From assembly GCA_905178155.1 (NCBI GenBank), contig CAJINV010000018.1:378479-442478 (forward strand): a DNA stretch of 64,000 nt, written 5' to 3'. This document shows positions 42,001-51,000 of the stretch, one piece after another; position 1 is the first letter of the stretch, and each line of letters opens with the position of its first letter. The notes beneath the pieces were generated by a model, which worked only from the letters and a program-made list of their open reading frames with translations, had not been told where the DNA came from and ran no database searches. The DNA is from Amoebophrya sp. A120. Lineage: Eukaryota > Protista > Dinoflagellata. The position numbers were made by a program, and so were the translations under genes.

Positions 42001-45000
42001 GGAGCGGCGAGAAACTGCCGGTTTCCTTGCTGGGGCTGTTGCGGCGTCTGCGGCTGCGGCTGCAACTTCCCCATGAGGTGTTGCTTCGGAAAAAGCGGCA
42101 ACAGCTGCATGCTCTCTGCCGCAACAGCTGCATGCTCTCTTGGTTTCGAGAAAAATAGACCGAACCGCTCGCCAATGTTGGTAGGCGGTAGGTCCCCTTT
42201 GGTTTTCTTGACCAAGCCAGTGTCCGGGCAAAAATCAAATGCGCCGGGCGTAATAACCTCGTCATGAGTCACCACCCGTCCCTCCAAGGCCACTGCCAGC
42301 TTCAGCTCCTTGGAACCGTCCGGTTTCGTCCTGTACACATGTGCCTTTTCTGGCAGCTGCCCCTCGTGAGCAACAGCTGCATACGTAGTCGTATGGATTG
42401 CAAATATCGATCTGGCTGGTCTCAAAGCTTGTGCTGCTGAACTGTTGATGATTCAATCACTTCCGAATTTTTATGCAACCAAGAACCATGACTAGAATTT
42501 TTGCACAGCGCTTTCTACTCTTCACACGCAGTCCGCATGAGTAGAAACAAACTGCGTTTTTGGATGACAAAGGGAGCTTCATCCACCGCTGCGACTTCTG
42601 GTTTTGTTGGTCATGCAACACAGATTGCACATCAGGACTTCATCTGTATGACCAGTAATATTCTAAAAAGTTTTATCAACTTTCCACACCCAGACCAGAA
42701 GATAGTATTTGCATTTGATAAGTCCGCAGCAGTTGCAGGGGGCCAGGTCCGGCAAAGTCCAGTTCCGGGCTGACGTGGTAGTACATCGCGACGCGGTAAA
42801 ACGCGTCTGTCGCTACCCCGCCCTGGTGGTGCTGCTTCCGAAACAATGGCTCCCAAAATTGCTTGATCTTGTTGCTCGTCCCCACGGGACCTCTCTTTGC
42901 GGTATCAGCAGGGTCCTCCTGCCACCCCACGGTGGGCATCCGGGCGTCCAGACGCTCCAGCGTGCTCATGTCGGTGATGAAACTGTTCCGTGCGGCATCG
43001 AACACCTGCAGGTAGATGTAGGACCCGGTTTGTTGCGAAATGGTGCTCTCGAGCCCGGTCTCGCTGAAAAACCGTCCCAGACAGGAGTCTTTCATCCTCG
43101 CCTTCCCTTTAGGCGAGATAATTTGCGACACTGCAATCGGAAGGGTTTGGTGGCTTTTCAGGTAATTTTCGTGCCCTGCTGTGTTACTATGTCCGGCGTT
43201 CAGCACCGGAAGTTCCGTCTCCAGAAGCCAGGCCTGCCCCAGCATCTCGGAGACCGTGACGGGCAGACCGAGCGGCTCGCCGCTGTCCTCGCACAGAAAC
43301 TCGTGCTTTTTCCAGTTCACCGGCAGGAAGTTCGTGTTCTTATCGCCTATGTACGGTTTTGTCGCCTGCTGGTCCGCGGTTCTCAGCTCGGGGAGCACCA
43401 CGTGGGCAATCGGGGCGAGCTTTTGCGGACTGAACCCTAGCCAGTTGCGCTGCAGGTCCCATCGCGGTTCGCGCAGGAGCAGCAGGCGGCCTGGTTGCAG
43501 CTTGTTTGTCTTCAACTGGGAAATTGGCGGCTCCGGTCCATAATTTTGATCCACAAATTCCTTCCAGCCTGCAAAAAGCAAGTACTTGAAGAAGTCGCTC
43601 GTCAGCTGAGCCCATTTAGGATCGGTCATTTTACACGTCAATTGCAGAATCGTGGGCAACGCAGGTCGTGACCCTTGCTGGTCGTGGTGCACATCAGGAT
43701 CCTCACCAAACTGCTGTCCATGTAATTGCGAAGCTGCCCCCGTTGTCGTGCCTTGTGGCAGCAATGTTTTCCAATCCGCTTCATGTTGCACCGACTCAAA
43801 GAACGTGCCGTCAAGCGGCACCGCTGCTTCAAGTCGGCCACTCGTCCCAGAGATTCCCGTGAAAACCATGCGAAACACGTCCCCGTTGCGCAAAAACTCT
43901 TGTCCAATCATCTCTTCGTCCGGCGACATTTTTTGAACGTTGCTCACCCGCGCACGCACGATCGAATGGCTTCTGCCGTCGTCAATTTCAACTGGTAAGA
44001 ACTCGACGTCGAGATCAAAGTGGTGGTCCTCTTCTAGAGCAGATTTCACCTTGAGCCCGTAGTCTCTCCAATCGGTCACCCACCCATTGAGGAAGGACTT
44101 GCGCGTTGCCGCGTACCCGGGCATTTGCTGAAAGGGGGGGTGAAAGGGATAGTGCAGGTAGTCTTTCTCGTCCGCACTCACGGCCCGCGAGAGGCTGTGC
44201 TGTGAAAAGGAGCCCATCGCGCGCAGGGCCGACCAGATCGGCGCGTCCCAGTTGTTCCAGAGTGGCCGCTATCAAATGTAAAAGTGTCTGGATCTGGAAG
44301 AATGCAACTTGTCATGCCAAATCTAAAGCATGCGTCAAAAATCTGTGTTGCATGATTACCGAAAGTCGTCCAGTTTTGACCAAGTCGGGAGGGAGTTTCT
44401 CATGCAGGATATGCATGTGAGGGATCGCACAGAATCTGTCATGCTAGGTCCTGCATTCCAGACCTCGTGGGTCATGGAAAAGCTGCATGACAAATCGCGC
44501 ACTCTTCCAGACCCAGACATTTTTGCATTTGATAGCCGCCAAATGTAGAACTTCAGCCTCGTCTTTATCAAAGTGAAAAATCCCCCCACCCCATATCAAA
44601 ACCAAGTTTGTGATGCCTGATTTGCGTACTCGTACACAGATCAGATTTGTCTTGCTGGAGGGGACTGCAGGCCCATACTAAGCCTGAGCAGAGAGGTTTT
44701 GGGCTGGGCTTTTAGCATGAGATACGTCTGCGCTGTAGGCCCAGCAGCATGATCACAAATCGCCTGCATAAAGCGGCGAAGCCTGTGGAGTTGCCTTCTT
44801 GCAGGACAGAGATGATTTGTGGTCGCAAATCAGCATTGCAAATTTTCTGCTACGTACCTTTTCGATATGGGGAGGGGGGATTTTTCCTCACAATAGTCTT
44901 CCGCATCCGCGCCTTGACGGCGACCGTGTCCCAGTTTCTGATGATGTAATTCAAACCATGCTCCATCACCGGTTTCGAAACGATACCGACGGACCCCGCA

Positions 45001-48000
45001 ATTCTTTTCGTGGTGCCCACCTGCCTTTCGTGTTCCTTCTTCATCGCTTCCGCTTCGTCGTCAAATTCCCAGCGCAGCAGCTTGTTCTCGTATGCCTTGT
45101 ATCGCTCCTCCTTGGTTCCTACGCGACTTCTAGTCTGCGGGTTCCAATCGACGTTAGGGATTAGTTCCTCGTAGGTTTCGTATTGGTTTGCATATAAATA
45201 CCTGACCTGTACAATGTCCCCCTGTCGGAAGCCGTGATTCCATGCCCACGAGTACATTTCCGGCTCAAAGGCCACTTCCGCCCGCGATTCCACCGGGGCG
45301 TTGCGTCCTCCCGGAGCCCGTTGCGGCATCCCGAGCCTGGCCAGAGTCGTTGCGTCGGGCCGTTTGAAAATGATTTCTCTGGTGGTTTATCCACATGAAT
45401 CAAAAAGCCCCCACGCCAGAGCAGGGAGGAGGAAAGCTTGTTCCACATGGTAAGCAACATTTACGGATTCATTTGACGGCGCGGCTTTGGATTTGGCCGC
45501 ATCGAGGATTTTCGACTCTGATTAGCGCAGCTTGATATTTTATATAGTGTTGCCGGGTGCTTCTGGTTCTGCTTCAAACTCGCGTGAGTAGAGAGACTAT
45601 CAAATAAAATGCATCGCATTCGGCTTGTGCAAACCAAAAAAGGTGGCACTTACCATGTGGACGAGTCAACTTGTTTGTACTACACGAGCTACATCATTCC
45701 CGTTATTTCTGGGCATGAGGAAATTCACCCAATTTGATATGGTTTGCCGTTCTGGCACATCAAAATGACGGCCCGAATTTCCGTCCCAGCGGCGTACCGT
45801 GACGATTCGCGTCTCGTCCCTGAAAAAGCCGGTGTCTACGTGCAGGAGAGGCCACCCCGGAATTTCGAGACTGAAGTTGGTTTTCGATGTGGCAACGACC
45901 GTCTTGCGCTCCTGTGGGTTCCATACATGAACTTCAGAAAAGCTGGACGGGTTGTGCTGCGCTGCAGCATGCCCGTCTTGTTCGATAAATGCGAGATCGG
46001 TTCCCCGCATTTCGTCGGCAGTTTTCTGGGCTTTAATTTGCTGCATGTGGGGGTCTATCACGAACCTTCTTTCACCTTCGATGAACGTCCCACGTGTTGC
46101 CTTCCACATGCGGCGATATACGGTGCGAGCCCCCATTCCGGCAACACTGGACCGCCTCTGCCGACACCCCCGGATGGATTTTTCCCCAATCGCCGTTTCT
46201 GTTTGCTCCACGGCAAAGTTGTGCGCCGACGGCGAGCCTTTGTACGCATAGTGGAACACAACATGCGGAATCTTGTATTTCGCCTCTGCGGCGGCCAGGC
46301 CTGGGTCACCGAAGATGCCGCCCGGCGGGCCCCCTTGGCTACTTCCAGGCATGAAGGTTTTCAAAACCGAGCCGTTGTGCAGGGGGATCTGGCTCTCCAC
46401 TGCGGTGCTGTCGATCCGGCCAGGTCCGACCACGGTGGTAGTGGAGGACGCATCGGGTGCAAGAACCGCAGCTGGCACATGCGCGGCGGCATCCTCCGGC
46501 TCGGTAATTTCGACTTCGCCCGGAATTTCCACTTCCTCCCCGGCCACGCAGGAATCGTCTGCGGGTCCCGAGAGCGCATCATAAAACACCATTTCGGGTT
46601 CCTCCGCCTCTTCATCTTCCTCGGGAACACCGCTCATAGTACCACCTTGGCCGGCGTTTGCATTGCCAGCCGTAGTAGTAGTGGTTCCAGACGGGGAGCC
46701 ACCGGGCTGTTGCTGCTGCTGCTCAGAAGTACCGCCAGCTATGGTCTCGACGACGCTCTGTACGCTTTCCGCCACGTACTGATAAGCCTCCGAGGCGGCT
46801 TCTACTGTTCCCGGCATCATCTGACCCAAAAGACCCGGCTCTGCGCTGCTGGGCGGCTGCTCCGGGCGGGGTCCGTCGTGCGCGTCGGCCGATGAGCGCA
46901 CAGACCCCGGCAATGTTCTACTTCCAGAAGGCGTGTTGTACGCACCCCGTCGCTGGTCTCCGGAAGAGCCACGGCCCTGGTGTTATGGAACGAAAAGACG
47001 GACTGCCCATATCGTGCAGCATGACAGCGACTGCGACAACAGCCAGTACTATCTATCATGTGTAGAGGCCCGTCACTTTTTGATGCACCTTGGAAACGTG
47101 GACGAGCTACATCTTCACGCGATCATGCGTGGATGGTACTACTCATGTATGCGTTGCGAGGTGGAGCTGCAAGCACACGCACCTGTGTAAGTAAACACGT
47201 CATGACAACATCAGATCTCAGCTCATTTCATACCGCAGTTGCGAACTCTCAATTTGAATGTTCACGATGATCGACGCAGCACTGTGGGAGGTCCTCATCT
47301 TTTTCTACTTTCGATAAGGGCATCGTTGCGGCGCCTCCTGCAGCGATTCCACCTGAGGCCGGTAGAGTCAAGGGCGGGCTCGAGGGCGGTCGTTCTTCTG
47401 GGATTGTAAAGTCCGCCGCGGCATCATCGTCGAGGCTCTGCACGTTGCGGCCTTGCACAGCTGTAGCTTTCGCTTTGGGCGGTGGAGAAGGTTGCTGTTC
47501 TTCTTGCCGCGGTTGCTGCTGCTGATGCTGCGCCGCAGCAGCGGTGATGTTCTGCTCTCCGGGTAGAGCACGACTGGTAGTTCTAGGTGGGGGCGGAACA
47601 GCTGCACCACTTCCAGATGAAGAGGGTGCGCCAGCAGCTGCACCACTTCCAGCTGAGGAAGATGCGCCAGCAGGTCCTCCTGCGTATCATTGGACAAAAT
47701 GCAAAAACGCAGTAGTGGCAACCCCAATAGATATGGCTGTTTTGGCCCTCCACCCAAACTGTTTGGGCTGATGCAGATCCGGAGAACCACAATGCGCGAG
47801 CAATTGTTGGAGCGCGGTACGCCGCGCCCCTTCGCTTGTCCGGGCGACATGACGGCGCACCAAATTGAACTGCAGTGCGGCCGCCCAGCTGGTATATGCA
47901 TCCTCCGGGCCGTAGATTGCCCGGTAAATTAGCGGCATGGCCAACAAGATATTCACAACCCCCTGGCCGCCACAACTCCAACAACTGTGGGCCCGCGCAC

Positions 48001-51000
48001 GAAAATAGCCCCCGGGCCTATCAAACGGCAGCGGGCAACACAGCCATCCCATTGGCCGGACGCTGCCCATGCAAATTGCCGGCTCGAGCCCGCTGCCTTT
48101 CACATCCAACCACAAAGAGGCAAAACGACAAAGACACAGGAGCCACAATACCCCGGGGCGCCGCTGCGTTGGCACTGGGCCCCTCGTCGGCGGGCAGCCA
48201 GCGGGGCTGTGCGGCGGCACAATGAACCCGGTGCGGGCCCATCGGGAGGGGGCGCCACGTGCGCCATCCAAAATGGCCAGCCGGCCAAATAGAATATGGC
48301 CCCGGTCCGAATTCTATTGGCCCCAGGCCCCGAACCCAAGCCGCTGGCAACGCACCAATGTCGGCAACCCGGATCCCCGCAACCACAAATCCCAGCAAAA
48401 GTGCCAGGGGTTGCATGGCCGTGCGGTCCGAGCCAAGCAACGGACAAGGCCACTTGGCGCGGAGGGAGACTGCGCGGAAACCTACCCCCCCGCCCTCTTC
48501 TCGCCCGGGCGCATCTGGCGCCGCTGGCCATTTCTTGGCCCTGGCCCGTCTCACACACAGCTGCCGCCAGCCGGCGCATGTATTTGCCGGCGTTCCAGCT
48601 GAATCCATGTAGTGCGCCCCCCGAATTGGCCCACCTCCACCCGGGGCGCCGCGCGGTGGGTATTCCGAAGAGCCCAGGCCTCCCCCCGGCTGTTTGGCCA
48701 CTGAGACGCTGGCTGCCTCCGCAATCTGCCCAGGGCCAGGCGCCTAAGCGCATGGCGGCCAACATTCGTCCCCCTGCGCGCACATTTAACAGCGGCCCCC
48801 AGAGGGATAAAGCGCAGGCACGCGCGCTACACCCATAACAACCTGCGGGCCACACCCGGAAGACTGCGATCAACTAGAAGGCGACCCGAATGGCATGGAC
48901 ATCAGGCGAACCGCGCGGCCTAACGCAGAAAAACAGCATATCTATTGGGATTTGCACTACTGCGTTTTATGTATGTCGTCCATCCCTATGGATGCGCCAG
49001 CAGGTCCTCCTGCGGCACTCGACGAGGCGGCAGCAGATGCTGCGCTCCCGTATCAAATGCAAATATGTCTGGGTCTCTGGAAACTTGCGATGCTAAAGTG
49101 TGCATGATGAAAGCACTTCCTTTTTATCCGGCAAGGCATTTTGCAGAACGCTTGCTCATACGCACTCCGCATGAGAGGCCACGTCTACGACTTTTGTTGG
49201 TCATGCAATACAGATTTCGCAGGAATGTGAGGCCAGCATAATAAATGAACAGGCTCCAATTTTCCAGACTCAGACATATTTGCGATGCATATCGCAGTTG
49301 GCGGAGGAATTCCCGTGAGTTCTGCGTACTTGGCCCTCGCGTCCGCGAGAACATCAGGATCGAGTCCGTTTTTTTTCGCCGTCCGAGGGTCGTCATCGAG
49401 GTCATCTTCAGGAATGTTGTATTTCCCACTCGCGGCCAAGTTCCGCAGCTTCTGGTACTGGACGTCAAGCTTTGCCAGTTCCATCAGCTTCAGTTTCAAC
49501 GCCGTCTCGGCCTTCGCGAGCTTTGCGATATACTTCGCGTCACCACCTTTTTTGCTCACTTTCTTCCGTTTCTCTTCCACATCCTTAAGAAGTGGTACGA
49601 TCTCCGTGTCAACAAGCCGCATTTGTTTCCCCAGTTGATTAATCTTCTTTTTCAAATCCGCTGCGGTGAGTTCTTCAGTCTCCTCCTCCGACCCATCGTC
49701 ACTGCTTGAGGAGCTGCTCGAGGAAGAGGACTCTACTACGACCTCCTTTTTCTTACTTTTCTTCGTCCCACTCGTCCGGGCGGCAGACGATCCGCCAACA
49801 GATGCGCCTTCAAAGCCGGTCAGGTCTTGCGAGTCCACGGACTGTCCCAGGTGCAACGCACGACCACGCGGAGGGGAAGTTGTAGCCGGGTCGCCGCGGC
49901 CGTTTGCGGGATCAGAATTCTCCTGAACAGGCACTGGACCGGCTGCCGGTGCAAGAGTTGGCCGCTCCTGATTTGCGTCTTGAGATGTAGTACTCCCCTG
50001 GCCCGGCTCTCCTGCCCCAGCAAAGGCTCCAGCTCCACCAGTACCTCCTGACCCCGAGCTGCGGCCACCGCGGCTGGAAGGCGTTTTCGCCAACGCTTGC
50101 GCCAACCGGGCTTTAGCGCCCGGCGAATTGGGCCGCTCCTGCTGCGCGCGCACCGCGTCGGCAAGTTCCGCGGCGATATCGGCAGCGTTCTCACTTGCTG
50201 ATCCTCCTGCTTCCACGGATGCTGGTTGTTCAACTGCTGCTGCGGGCGGCTTATACCACTCATCAGTGTCATCCTGCGTTTTGAAGACCGGGGGCTGCTG
50301 AAGATCACCATGCCCCGCGCCCGCGGCCGCCGCAGGAGAGGGTCGCGGAGAGGGTTGGCGTGACTGATTTCCAATGTCGTAGTATTGGGTCTCCTCCATC
50401 AGTGAGTGATGACTTGTGCTGGGACTCACACCCGCCTTATCATCATGATGATCTTGAGGCTGGTTAGTGGTACCTTCTGTAGTTGTAGCTCCTGCTCCTT
50501 CTGGTGATGTGGTAGTGATATCAACTACCCCAACACCGACTTCCTGATTCCCCGAAACATCTCCTGCACTGTTGACCATGGTCCAACTGTCCTGTGGGGC
50601 TGTAGCGTGGTCGCCAGAGGATTCTTTCGTCGGTGACCCTTGTTCCACAGGCACACTTTCCCCTGCTTCAAACCTCCGAGCCATGCGCTGTGTCCTGGTC
50701 TGCTGGTCGGTCGAGGAAGAAGCTGCGCTTGGCGCTTGTTCTTGTCCAGCACTAGTGGAGAGGCTACCTTCTGCGGGCTGCTCCACTTGAGCAGGCACAG
50801 GAGGAGCTCCAGAAGACGATGCTGGTGGGACGGCGCTGCTCGCACTACCACCTGAAGATCTTTCCGGAGGAGAAAACGCTGCAGGATCACCACCAGCGGC
50901 GGGGGCTGCACCTCCCGCAGGTTGCTGCGCCGAGGCGGACGGTCCTTTGTCCTCATCCGAGGAGTCATCATCGTCGCTACTTTTGTTGCTTGCCGCGCCT

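Noticed and set aside
45744-46895. 383-aa plus-strand ORF
   Set aside because: Antisense shadow of the minus-strand exon, which has the natural composition and joins its neighbours
47687-48873. Possible transposase ORF in the 1.3-kb TIR element
   Set aside because: Overlapping GC-driven ORFs in all frames, with no DDE, HUH or RT motif recognisable
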